Below, piece after piece: positions 10,130-19,492 of a DNA stretch of 64,000 nt. Location: contig CAWFYL010000005.1 in the NCBI GenBank assembly GCA_963820025.1, positions 19,757 to 83,756 of the forward strand, written 5' to 3'. The stretch comes from an uncultured Acidimicrobiia bacterium (GTDB lineage Bacteria; Actinomycetota; Acidimicrobiia; IMCC26256; JAENVU01). Under the pieces are notes generated by a model. The model ran no database searches, was not told the DNA's origin, and worked only from the letters and a program-made list of their open reading frames with translations. Position 1 is the stretch's first letter, and every line of letters starts with the position of its first letter. The translations under genes and the position numbers were made by a program.

Positions 10130-10900
10130 TCAGCTCCGCCGCGCCGCGAGCCCGCCGTCGAGCGGGACCGTCGTGCCACTGATGTACGACGCTTCGTCGG
10201 ACAGGAGGAACATGATCGTCTCGACGACGTCCGCCTCGGTGCCGAGCCGGCCCATCGGCGTCCGCTCGGCCACCATCCGCTTGATGGCATCCGGGTCCGG
10301 TGCGCGCGACACCATGTCGAGGAAGAGGCCGGTCTCGCACGCGCTCGGCGACACGACGTTGACCCGGACGCCGTCGGGTGCGTGCTCGATCGCAGCCTGC
10401 TTGGCCAGGTTCACGAGCGCACCCTTCGACGCGCAGTACGCCGCGTAGCCCGGCGAGCCGATCGCGCCGAGCACCGATCCGAGCAGGACCACGGCCCCAC
10501 CACCACCCCCCACCATGAGGGGTAGGCCGTGCTTCATGCAGAGGAACGGGCCCTTGAGGTTCACGTCCAGCACCTGGCGCCACGCCGCGTCGGTCGTGTC
10601 CACCACCGACGCGCGCGTCTCCACCGCCGCGCTGCACACCAGCACGTCGAGGCGTCCGTGCTGCTCCGCGATCGCCTCGAACATCGCCGCGACCTCACCC
10701 TCGTGGGTCACGTCCATCGCGGTGGGCTCGGCGTCGCCGCCTTCGTCGGCGATCGAGATCGCCACGTCCCGGGCGCCGTCCTCGTCGATGTCGGCGACGA
10801 CGACGGTGGCGCCCTCGGACGCGAGTCGCCGCGCCGTGGCCGCGCCGATGCCGGACGCACCTCCGGTGACGACGCTGAGCTGGCCCCGGCGCGCCTTCAT
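10130..10900 (-). CDS. SDR family oxidoreductase
   Basis: TGGASGIG, YCASK, VRVNVVSP, DGG. Confidence 0.9.
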   Translation of the reverse strand: MKARRGQLSVVTGGASGIGAATARRLASEGATVVVADIDEDGARDVAISIADEGGDAEPTAMDVTHEGEVAAMFEAIAEQHGRLDVLVCSAAVETRASVVDTTDAAWRQVLDVNLKGPFLCMKHGLPLMVGGGGGAVVLLGSVLGAIGSPGYAAYCASKGALVNLAKQAAIEHAPDGVRVNVVSPSACETGLFLDMVSRAPDPDAIKRMVAERTPMGRLGTEADVVETIMFLLSDEASYISGTTVPLDGGLAARRS

Positions 10901-11661
10901 CGGAACGCCGCCAGCCCGCCGTCCGCGGGGATCACCGCACCGGTCGTGTACGCGGACAGGTCCGAGGCGAGGAACAGCGCGATGCCCGCGACGTCCTCCG
11001 CCGTGCCGAGGCGGTGCAGGGGGATGGTCTGCTCGAGGCCCGGGACGAACTCCGAGGGCATCGTCTCGGCGACCTTCCGGAACCGCGGGGTGTCGATCGA
11101 GCCGGGCGCGATCACGTTCGCCCGGACCTCGGGTCCGTACTCGGTGGCGATCTGGCGCATCAGGGCGACGAGCCCGGCCTTGGCGGGACCGTAGGCCGCG
11201 TAGCCCTCGGAGCCGATGAGGCCGAGCACCGAGGCCGTGCTGATGATGCTCGCGTTGCCACCCGCGACCAGGTGGGGCAGCGCGGCCCGGCAGGTCCAGA
11301 ACACCGCGTCGAGGTTCGTCGTGATCGTGAGGTCCCAGTCGTCCTCGGAGGTGTCGACGAGCCGGCCGGACATCTGGACGGCCGCGTTGTTGTAGAGGAT
11401 GTCGAGGCGGCCGAACTGCGCGATCGCCGCGGCCACCATCGCGTCGCAGTCGGTGCGGCGGGAGATGTCGGCGTGGATCGCCATGCCGCTGCTCCCGGTG
11501 GCGTCCACGCGCGCGATGGTCTCGCCGGCTCCGTCGTCGTCGATGTCGGCGACGACGATGCGGGCGCCCTGGTAGCCGAAGAGCACCGAGGCGGCGCGTC
11601 CCTGTCCGGATGCGCCACCCGTGATCAGCGCGACCCGCCCGTCCAACAGTCCCCCGGACAC
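10897..11661 (-). CDS. SDR family oxidoreductase
   Basis: TGGASGQG, NNAA, YGPAK, IAPGSIDT. ATGA overlap with the downstream SDR. Confidence 0.9.
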   Translation of the reverse strand: MSGGLLDGRVALITGGASGQGRAASVLFGYQGARIVVADIDDDGAGETIARVDATGSSGMAIHADISRRTDCDAMVAAAIAQFGRLDILYNNAAVQMSGRLVDTSEDDWDLTITTNLDAVFWTCRAALPHLVAGGNASIISTASVLGLIGSEGYAAYGPAKAGLVALMRQIATEYGPEVRANVIAPGSIDTPRFRKVAETMPSEFVPGLEQTIPLHRLGTAEDVAGIALFLASDLSAYTTGAVIPADGGLAAFR

Positions 11662-11696
11662 GTTGAGACAGTAGGCACCGTCTTAGGCTGCGCGCC

Positions 11697-12489
11697 ATGA
11701 CGGAGCCCGAGTCCATCTACGTCCCGGAGGGTGACGGCTTCGTCGCGACCGAGCTCGCGCGAGGGCCGTGGGACCCGAACGCGCAGCACGGCGGTGCGCC
11801 CTCTGCACTGCTCGCCCGGGCGATCGAGGGGCACGAGTCCGACGGATCGACGCGTGTGACCCGCCTGACGATCGAGCTGCTGCGCCCCGTGCCGATCGGC
11901 CGGGTGGACGTCCGGACGCGAACCCTGCGGCCCGGCAAGAAGGTCCAGCTGATCGAGGGGTCGCTCGAGGTCGGCGGCACCGAGGTCGCGGCGCGCGACG
12001 GGGTTGCGGATCCGCGAGAAGGACCTCGCGCTGCCCGCGGCGAGCCGGGTCGACGAACGGCTCCCGTCGGGTCCCGAGGGCGAGCCGTACGTGTTCGAAC
12101 GGGTCGGACCGATCAGCTTCGGCGGCGCGATGGACATCCTCGTCGCCGATGGTGGGATCGACCGGGTCGGGCGGGCGACGGTCTGGTTCCGGCTCCGCGT
12201 ACCGTTCGTCGCGGGCGAGGAGATCTCGCCCCTCATGCGGGTCGCGGCCGCGGCCGACTTCGGCAACGGCATCAGCTCGGTCGTCGACTGGAACGCGGGG
12301 TGGCTGTTCATCAACCCCGACCTCACCGTCTACCTCGATCGCCATCCCGTCGGCGAGTGGGTCGCGCTCGACGCGCGCACGTATCCGTCGGACGGTGGGA
12401 TCGGGTTCGCCGAGTCCGCGATCTACGACGAGCAGGGCCGCATCGGCCGGTCGGTCCAGAGTCTCCTGTTCGACCGCCTGGAGGGGTGA
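11697..12489 (+). CDS. TesB-like thioesterase family protein (frameshift near 12000)
   Basis: ARGPWDPNAQHGGAPSALL in the first frame, then AADFGNG...FINPDLTVYL...GRSVQSL in the second. Confidence 0.8.
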
Positions 12490-12502
12490 GCCGAGCGGGG
12501 GC

Positions 12503-12537
12503 TTGACCCGGTGAATCCGGATACTTACTATCCGGAT
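12503..12537 (+). promoter_or_regulatory. Sigma70-type promoter with overlapping Rrf2 operator
   Basis: TTGACC (12503-12508), 17 bp, TACTAT (12526-12531), 7 bp, ATG. Perfect inverted repeat ATCCGGATA-n5-TATCCGGAT at 12515-12537. Confidence 0.85.
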
Positions 12538-12538
12538 A

Positions 12539-13028
12539 ATGAAGATCTCCGATGGGGTCGAGTGGGGCTTGCACTGTGGCGTCCTGCTCGGGTTCCTGCC
12601 GCCGGACGCATCGCTGCCGACGGCGCGCCTGGCCGAGTACCACGGGGTTCCCGCGGCGTACCTGGCCAAGCACCTGCAGGCGATGAGCCGCGCCGGGGTG
12701 CTCGCATCGGTGCAGGGCCCGCGCGGTGGGTACCGGCTCGCCCGCCCGCCGGCGGAGATCTCGGTGCTCGACGTCGTCGAGGCGATCGACGGGCGGGAGC
12801 CCGCGTTCGTGTGCTCGGAGATCCGTCGGCGCGGGCCGGCGGCACGCCCCGCGCGGCGAGTACCGCGTGCCGTGTGCCATCCACGCCGTGATGGACGACG
12901 CGGACGCGGCGTGGCGCGAGTCGCTCCGCCACGTCTCGGTCGCCGACCTGATGGACCGGGTGGTCGCGGGCGCTTCGCCCAAGGGGCTCGCGCTGGGCGC
13001 GGTCTGGATGCAGGAGGTGTTGGGATGA
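12539..13028 (+). CDS. rsrR: RsrR-type Rrf2 family [2Fe-2S] redox regulator (frameshift near 12850)
   Basis: GVEWGLHC (Glu8, Trp9, His12), GPRGGY, FVCSEIRRRGP, then PCAIHAVM...AWRESL in the shifted frame. Matches the Streptomyces RsrR pattern. Confidence 0.8.
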
Positions 13029-13951
13029 GGATCTTCGTCACCGGCGGGACCGGAGTGGTGGGTCGGCCGACAGTGGCCGGGATGCTGGCTCGGGGTCACG
13101 AGGTCCGGGCCGCCGCGCGCAGCGATCAGGCCGCCACCAGCTTGCGCGCGGCCGGAGCGGTACCTGTCGACGTCGATCTCTTCGATCCGCACTCGGTGCG
13201 GGACGCGGTCTCGGGCGCGGACGTCGTCGCACACCTCGCGACCAACGTGCCGCCGTTCCCCGCGATGCTGAAGGCCGCGGCGTGGGAGATGCACAACCGC
13301 CTTCGCATCGACGCGACGCGCAACCTCGTCGACGCGGCGCGCGCGGCCGGTGTTCCCCGCTTCCTGAAGGAGTCGATCACGATCGTGTATGCCGACGGCG
13401 GACCGGAGTGGCTCGACGAGCGCTCGCCGGTGGCGGCGGAAGGGTTGATGACCCCGGCGCTGGAGGGCGAGCAGATCGCGCGGGCGCTCGAGGACGTCGC
13501 CACCGTCGTCGTGCTCCGGTTCGGCCTCTTCTACGGCGGGGTCGGCAACCGGGGGACGGACGAAGCGCTGCGCATGGCCCGCTGGCACCTCTCGATGGTC
13601 GCGGGGAAGTCGTGGGCGTTCACGACCGCGGTCCATGCGGACGACGCGGCCAGTGGCGTCGTGTCGTGCCTCGCGGCGCCGACGGGGATCTACAACGTCT
13701 GCGACGACGAGCCGTTGACCCGCGGCCGCGCGATCGACGCGTTCGCGAAGGCGTTCGGTACGGGCCGGCTCTTCCGGACCCCGAACTGGATGATCCGGCT
13801 TGCCGGTGGCGCGCCCAGCTCGGCGTTGACCGCGTCGCAGCGCGTCTCCAACCGGAAGCTGACGGCCTTCACCGGGTGGACGCCGGCGTACCGGAGCCAG
13901 GTCGAGGGCTGGCACGCCGAAGCGGGGATGCGGGAGGCGACCCATGCGTGA
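13025..13951 (+). CDS. NAD-dependent epimerase/dehydratase family protein
   Basis: MRIFVTGGTGVVG, LRFGLFYG, VHADDAA, YNVCDDEP. Confidence 0.85.
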   Translation: MRIFVTGGTGVVGRPTVAGMLARGHEVRAAARSDQAATSLRAAGAVPVDVDLFDPHSVRDAVSGADVVAHLATNVPPFPAMLKAAAWEMHNRLRIDATRNLVDAARAAGVPRFLKESITIVYADGGPEWLDERSPVAAEGLMTPALEGEQIARALEDVATVVVLRFGLFYGGVGNRGTDEALRMARWHLSMVAGKSWAFTTAVHADDAASGVVSCLAAPTGIYNVCDDEPLTRGRAIDAFAKAFGTGRLFRTPNWMIRLAGGAPSSALTASQRVSNRKLTAFTGWTPAYRSQVEGWHAEAGMREATHA

Positions 13952-14411
13952 CACGGTGCTGCGGATCGGTCTGGCGGTGCTCGCCGTGCCCGCCCTCGTC
14001 ATCGGCCTCTGGGCGGCGTTCGCGCCCCGGTCGTTCTACGCCGACTTCCCCGGGCTCGGGCGCACCTGGGTCGCGCCCGACGGCCCGTTCAACGAGCACC
14101 TCGTGCGTGACGTCGGTGAGCTGAACCTCGCGCTCGCGGTGGTGACGGTGGTCGCGCTGGTGGTGCTCACGCCGGTGCTCGTGCGCGCGGTGCTCGCGGG
14201 CTGGCTCGTCTACTCGGTGCCGCACCTCGTGTACCACCTGCGCCACATGCAGCCGTTCGCCACCGACGACCAGGTCTCGATCGGGACGAGCCTGGCGATC
14301 GTGCCGCTCGTCGCGGTGGCGCTGCTCCTCGTCGACCTGCGGACGCCGCGGGAGCCGGAGCCGGTTCCCTCCGTGGCGGGCCCCCGAGGGCGGCAGGGCG
14401 CCCGACGGTAA
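13944..14411 (+). CDS. Hypothetical membrane protein
   Basis: About 4 hydrophobic helices, with PFNEHLVRDVG and PHLVYH motifs. Confidence 0.7.
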   Translation: MRDTVLRIGLAVLAVPALVIGLWAAFAPRSFYADFPGLGRTWVAPDGPFNEHLVRDVGELNLALAVVTVVALVVLTPVLVRAVLAGWLVYSVPHLVYHLRHMQPFATDDQVSIGTSLAIVPLVAVALLLVDLRTPREPEPVPSVAGPRGRQGARR

Positions 14412-14418
14412 GGGAGGG

Positions 14419-14505
14419 TTACCGGCGGCCGACGTTGGGCCGCTTGCCGTGGTTCGCCTTGTTGCGGCGGGCCCGCAGCTTGCGCTTCTTCGTCTTCTTG
14501 CTCAA
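14419..14505 (-). CDS. 50S ribosomal protein bL37
   Basis: Not in the ORF track. TTG start after GGAGG; MSKKTKKRKLRARRNKANHGKRPNVGRR contains the KANHGKRPN signature. Confidence 0.88.
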   Translation of the reverse strand: MSKKTKKRKLRARRNKANHGKRPNVGRR

Positions 14506-14564
14506 GTCGAGTCCTCCGAACGGCGAAGCGGGTCAGCGTAGTCGAGCGTCCTAGAGTCCTCCTC

Positions 14565-15587
14565 ATGGAGCACCTCGGACTCGTGGGCCTCGCCGACTCG
14601 GGCCACGCCCGGCTCTTCGCGGCGCTCACGGGACTGGACGCGTCGACATCCTCGGATCGCGTGCTCGGCGTCGTCCAGCTCCCGGACGACCGCCTCGACG
14701 CCCTGGCGGCGATGTCGGCCTCGAAGCAGGTGGTGCCGGCGACGTTCGAGATCATGTTCATCCCGGGCCTGTCCACCGAGCCGGGCAAGGGGCTCGGCAG
14801 CCGCCTGCTCGGCTCGTTGCGGGACTGCGACGCGGTCCTCTTCGTGCTGCGCGCCACGGATGGCAACGACCCCGCGTCGGACCTCGCGACCCTGGAGTAC
14901 GAGCTGGTCCTCGCCGACCTGGCCTCGGTCGAGCAACGGCTGGCGAAGCAGAAGCGCCTGGCCAAGGGCGACAAGAGCCTGGGTCCGGAGCTCGACGCAC
15001 TCGAGCGGGCGATCGCGGTGCTCGGTGACGGCACGCCGGTGTACCGATCGGACCTCACCCCGGACGAGCGCGGGCTGCTGGGCCCGGTGTTCCTGCTCAC
15101 GAACAAGCCGGTGCTCGCGGTGATCAACATCGGCGTCGAGCAGCTCGACGAGGCGGACACGATCGCCAAGCAGCTGGGAGACGACGCGCTCTCCGTGTGC
15201 CTCGAGCTCGAGGCCGACCCCGACGTCGTCGCCGCGCAGGGCGTAGAGCGCGCCGAGCTCCTGGCGGACCTCGGCGTGCCCGAGAGCGTCGTGCCCCGCC
15301 TCGCGCGCGCCGCGTACCAGCTCCTGGGGCTCCGCACGTTCCTGACCACGGGGGACAAGGAGAGCCGCGCGTGGTCGTTCCGCGCGGGCGCCAAGGCCCC
15401 GGAGTGCGCGGGGGTCATCCACTCGGACCTGGAGCGCGGGTTCATCCGGGCCGAGGTGATCCGCTGGGACGAGCTCCTGGAGGTCGGCTCGTGGGCCAAG
15501 GCCAAGGAGCAGCACAAGCTGCGCGTCGAGGGCAAGGAGTACGTGGTCGCCGACGGCGACGTGCTGGAGATCCGGTTCAACGTCTAG
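14565..15587 (+). CDS. ychF: YchF/Ola1-family protein with degenerate G motifs
   Basis: LLTNKP, TFLTTG, AGVIHSDLERGFIRAEV, EGKEYVVADGDVLEIRFNV. P-loop reads GLADSGHA. Confidence 0.8.
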   Translation: MEHLGLVGLADSGHARLFAALTGLDASTSSDRVLGVVQLPDDRLDALAAMSASKQVVPATFEIMFIPGLSTEPGKGLGSRLLGSLRDCDAVLFVLRATDGNDPASDLATLEYELVLADLASVEQRLAKQKRLAKGDKSLGPELDALERAIAVLGDGTPVYRSDLTPDERGLLGPVFLLTNKPVLAVINIGVEQLDEADTIAKQLGDDALSVCLELEADPDVVAAQGVERAELLADLGVPESVVPRLARAAYQLLGLRTFLTTGDKESRAWSFRAGAKAPECAGVIHSDLERGFIRAEVIRWDELLEVGSWAKAKEQHKLRVEGKEYVVADGDVLEIRFNV

Positions 15588-15603
15588 GGGGACCAGGTAC
15601 GAC

Positions 15604-15930
15604 GTGTGGTTGGTCCGTGACGGTGAGGTGCTCGCGGCGGCGCAGACCGCTCGGAGCCGGCGTGAGCGAGCTCGCGGCCTGCTCGGGCGCGACGGCTTCA
15701 CCGGAGCGCTGGTCTTCCGCCGCTGCCGGCAGGTGCACACCTTCGGGATGCGCTTCGCGATCGACGTGGCCTTCTGTCGCGCCGACGGCGTGGTGCTGCG
15801 GATCTCGAACCTGCGGCCGTGGCGCCTCTCTCGTCTCGTCTGGCGGGCCGCCTTCGTGATCGAGGCCGAGGCCGGCGCCTTCGAACGGTGGGGGTTGCGG
15901 GTGGGCGACCAGGTCGAGGTCAAGGAGTGA
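15604..15930 (+). CDS. DUF192 domain protein
   Basis: RARGLLGR, VHTFGMRFAIDVAF, VIEAEAG. Confidence 0.85.
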   Translation: MWLVRDGEVLAAAQTARSRRERARGLLGRDGFTGALVFRRCRQVHTFGMRFAIDVAFCRADGVVLRISNLRPWRLSRLVWRAAFVIEAEAGAFERWGLRVGDQVEVKE

Positions 15931-15952
15931 CGCCCCCCGGAGCGGTGGTGTC

Positions 15953-16790
15953 GTGCCCCTCGTCCTGATCGGCACCCCGATCGGCAACCTCGGTGACCTC
16001 TCGCCGCGGGTGGTCGACGTCCTGAGGAGCGCCGACGTGATCGCGTGCGAGGACACGCGGCGGACGCGGAAGCTGCTCGCGCACACCGGCATCGCCGCAG
16101 CGGGCCGCCTGCGCGCGGTGCACGCGCACAACGAGGACGAGCAGGCCGAGCGGGTCGTGGACGAGGTGCGAGCCGGGCGCACGGTCGCCTACGCCACCGA
16201 CGCGGGCATGCCCGGGATCAGCGACCCGGGCGCGCGCCTCGTGCGCGCGTGCCGTGCCGCCGGCCTCCCGGTCGAGGTCGTCCCCGGACCGAGCGCCGCG
16301 CTCGGCGGCCCTCGTGCAGTCCGGGTTCGCGGCCGACCGGTTCGGGTTCGAGGGCTTCCTTCCCCGCAAGGGGGCCGAACGACGGGCGCGGCTTGAGACG
16401 ATCGCGGGCGACGAGCGCACCGTGGTGGTCTTCGAGGCGCCGAACCGGGTGGTGGCGACGATCGACGACCTGCTCGCGGCGTGCGGCGGGGAGCGGCGGG
16501 TGTGCGTCGCCCGCGAGCTCACCAAGCTCCACGAGGAGGTGCTGGTCGCGCCGCTGTCCGAGGCGGCCGCCGTCGCGCGCCTCGGTGAGCCGCGCGGCGA
16601 GCACGTCCTCGTGATCGAGGGGCGTACCGTCGTCGCGGTCCCGGTGACCGACGACGCCGTCGCCGCCTCGGTGGCGGATGCCCTCGGCCGGGGCCTCTCG
16701 GCCCGGGATGCCGCGGCCGAGGTCGCCACGACGCTCGGTGTCGCCAAGCGCCGGGCCTACGACGTCGCGGTCACACTTCGGAGGCGATGA
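15953..16790 (+). CDS. rsmI: 16S rRNA C1402 2'-O-methyltransferase (frameshift near 16305)
   Basis: TPIGNLGDLSPR, CEDTRRT, DAGMPGISDPG, VPGPSA, then FEGFLPRK, FEAPNR, RELTKLHEE in the shifted frame. Confidence 0.9.
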
Positions 16791-17028
16791 GCTTCTCGAC
16801 GCACGGCTCGCAGACGAGCTTCTGCTGGAACTCGCGCAGCTCGGCTTCGGGGGGTGTCGAGCCGCAGAAGACGCAGCGCAGCGCCACCTTCCGGAGCACG
16901 ACCCGGTCGTCGTCGTCGACCGCGATCTCCATGAGGTCGCCCTCCCGGATCTCGAGCTGCTTGCGCAGCTCGGCGGGCAGCACGACCCGACCGAGACGGT
17001 CGATCTTGCGCGAGACACCTGTGCTCAC
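16771..17028 (-). CDS. abrB: AbrB-family transition-state regulator with C-terminal CxxC/CxxC
   Basis: STGVSRKIDRLGRVVLPAELRKQL...CVFCG...VCEPC. Confidence 0.8.
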   Translation of the reverse strand: MSTGVSRKIDRLGRVVLPAELRKQLEIREGDLMEIAVDDDDRVVLRKVALRCVFCGSTPPEAELREFQQKLVCEPCVEKLIASEV

Positions 17029-17088
17029 GTGCGCTCACTCCTCATGAATTTGGGCCGAGCAGAACGAGCGGTCGGTATCCTGAGGGCG

Positions 17089-18612
17089 GTGTCCCGCCCC
17101 TTCTTCCTGACGACGCCGATCTACTACGTCAACGACGTACCCCACATCGGGTCCGCGTACACGACGGTTGTGGCCGACGTGCTCGCCCGGTGGCGTCGGC
17201 TCTGGGGTGACGACGTGGTCTTCCTCACCGGGACGGACGAACACGGGCTCAAGGTGCAGCGCGCCGCCGAAGCCCGAGGGGTCACCCCCCAAACGTGGGT
17301 GGACCAGACCAGCGAACGCTTCCGGGAGACCTGGAAGCTCCTGGAGATCACGAACACCGACTTCATCCGGACCACCGAGACCAGGCACACGGTCGCGGTG
17401 CAGGCGTTCCTCCAGCAGGTCTACGACCACGGCGACATCGAGCTCGACACGTACGAGGGCCTGTACTGCGTGGCCTGCGAGCTGTACTACACCGAGGCCG
17501 ACCTCGTGGACGGCGCCTGCCCGATCCACGGCACCCCCGTCGACCGCGTGGTCGAGGAGAACTACTTCTTCCGCCTCTCGCGCTACCAGGACCGCCTGCT
17601 CGAGCACTACACCGCGCACCCCGAGGCGGTGGAGCCCGCAGGCAAGCGCAGCGAGGTGCTCGGGCTCATCAAGCAGGGCCTGCTCGACTTCTCGATCAGT
17701 CGCACGTCGATCTCGTGGGGCATCCCCCTGCCGTGGGACCCCGCGCACGTGACCTACGTGTGGTTCGACGCGCTGGTGAACTACTGCACCGCGATCGGGT
17801 ACGGCACGGATCCCGAGCGGTTCGCGCGCTTCTGGCCGGCGGACTACCACCTCATCGGCAAGGACATCCTGCGACAGCACGCGGTCTACTGGCCGGCGAT
17901 GCTGATGGCGGCAGGGGAGGCCGCGCCGAAGTGCGTGTTCGCACACGGGTTCCTCCTCGTCGGTGGCGAGAAGATGAGCAAGTCGCGCGCGAACCAGATC
18001 GCACCGGACGAGCTCGTCGCTGAGTTCGGGGTCGACGGCTACCGCTACCACTTCGTCGCCGACCAGCGTTTCGGACCCGACGGCGACTTCAGCTACGAGG
18101 CGATGCTCGCCCGCTACAACAGCGATCTCGCGAACAACTTCGGCAACCTCGCGAGCCGCGTCCTGAACATGGCGACCAACTACGTCGACGCGACCACACC
18201 CGAAACGCGCGAGGACGGTCCGTTGGTCGCGGCATCGGTCACCGCGTTCGACGTGCTGACCGGCGCGCTCGACCGGCTCGAGGTCTCGTCCGGCTTCGGC
18301 GCGGTCTGGCAGCTCATCAAGGATGCGAACGCGTACATCGAGGAGCGTCAGCCGTGGGCGCTCCACAAGGCCGGCGACGAAGCAGCGACCGCGGCCGTGT
18401 TGGGCGACTGCCTCGAGGTGTTGCGCATCGTCGCGCTCCTCGCATCCCCGGTGATCCCGAACGCGGCCTTCGAGCTCTGGCGCCGGCTCGGCCTCGACGG
18501 GACGCCCGAGGGTCAGCGGCTGCCCGACGCCGCGGTCTGGGGGAGCGCGGCCACCGCGGGCGCCGCGCTCGTGAAGGGCGACGCGCTCTTCCCCCGCCTC
18601 GACCGCTCGTGA
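17089..18612 (+). CDS. metG: Methionine--tRNA ligase
   Basis: TTPIYYVN, HIGS, GTDEHG, YVWFDAL, GKDI, KMSKS. Confidence 0.97.
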   Translation: MSRPFFLTTPIYYVNDVPHIGSAYTTVVADVLARWRRLWGDDVVFLTGTDEHGLKVQRAAEARGVTPQTWVDQTSERFRETWKLLEITNTDFIRTTETRHTVAVQAFLQQVYDHGDIELDTYEGLYCVACELYYTEADLVDGACPIHGTPVDRVVEENYFFRLSRYQDRLLEHYTAHPEAVEPAGKRSEVLGLIKQGLLDFSISRTSISWGIPLPWDPAHVTYVWFDALVNYCTAIGYGTDPERFARFWPADYHLIGKDILRQHAVYWPAMLMAAGEAAPKCVFAHGFLLVGGEKMSKSRANQIAPDELVAEFGVDGYRYHFVADQRFGPDGDFSYEAMLARYNSDLANNFGNLASRVLNMATNYVDATTPETREDGPLVAASVTAFDVLTGALDRLEVSSGFGAVWQLIKDANAYIEERQPWALHKAGDEAATAAVLGDCLEVLRIVALLASPVIPNAAFELWRRLGLDGTPEGQRLPDAAVWGSAATAGAALVKGDALFPRLDRS

Positions 18613-19364
18613 CCTGGGTCGACAGCCACTGCCACCTCCCCGCGGACGGGTCCGAGGCGGACCTGGTCCTCGACCGGGCCCGGGCCGGTGGGGTCGCATG
18701 GATGGTCTGCGTGGGCACCGACCTCGAGACGTCCCGGGCCGCGGTCGCCCTGGCCGCCCGGCATCCGGACGTCCGGGCCACCGTCGGTCTCCATCCCCAC
18801 GACGCGAGCCGGCTGGAGGCCGAATGGCCCGCGCTGGTCGATCTGGCCGCAGCCCCCGAGGTCGTCGGGATCGGCGAAGCCGGGTTCGACCTGCACTACA
18901 ACCACTCGGGCTTCCACGAGCAGGAGGCCGCGTTCCGCGCCCAGATCCAGCTCGCCCACGCGACCGATCGGGCGCTCGTGATCCACTCGCGCGAGGCGTG
19001 GGACGACACCTTCCGCGTGCTGGCCGACGAGGGTGTGCCGCGCCGCACGGTGTTCCACTGCTTCACCGGTGGCGCGCCCGAAGCCGAGCGCGCGCTGGAC
19101 ACCGGTGCGTACCTCTCGTTCAGCGGCATCGTCACGTTCAAGAACGCGAACGACGTGCGCGCGGCAGCTGCACTCGCGCCGCTCGAGCGCATGCTCGTCG
19201 AGACGGACTCGCCGTATCTCGCACCGGTGCCGCACCGCGGGAGCACCAACGAGCCCGCGTTCGTCGCAATGGTGGGCGCGGGTCTCGCGGCCGCGCGTGG
19301 TGCGAAGGTCGACGACGTCGCCGCCGCGACCCGAGCGACCGCGTCGTCGGTGTTCCGCGACTGA
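18609..19364 (+). CDS. tatD: TatD family hydrolase
   Basis: DSHCH, GLHPH, IGEAGFD, IHSREA, HCFTG, ETDSPYLAP. Confidence 0.93.
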   Translation: MTWVDSHCHLPADGSEADLVLDRARAGGVAWMVCVGTDLETSRAAVALAARHPDVRATVGLHPHDASRLEAEWPALVDLAAAPEVVGIGEAGFDLHYNHSGFHEQEAAFRAQIQLAHATDRALVIHSREAWDDTFRVLADEGVPRRTVFHCFTGGAPEAERALDTGAYLSFSGIVTFKNANDVRAAAALAPLERMLVETDSPYLAPVPHRGSTNEPAFVAMVGAGLAAARGAKVDDVAAATRATASSVFRD

Positions 19365-19492
19365 CGGCTCGCTGACCTGGGAAATCGCCCGTTCGCTGGG
19401 GGAAACCCCCTGGTCGTAGCAGATTCTGGAATCCGGATTGACCCTCCGTCGAAGGCGTCGGTACGTTCCGACCTTCCCCGAGCGAGGTCGCG

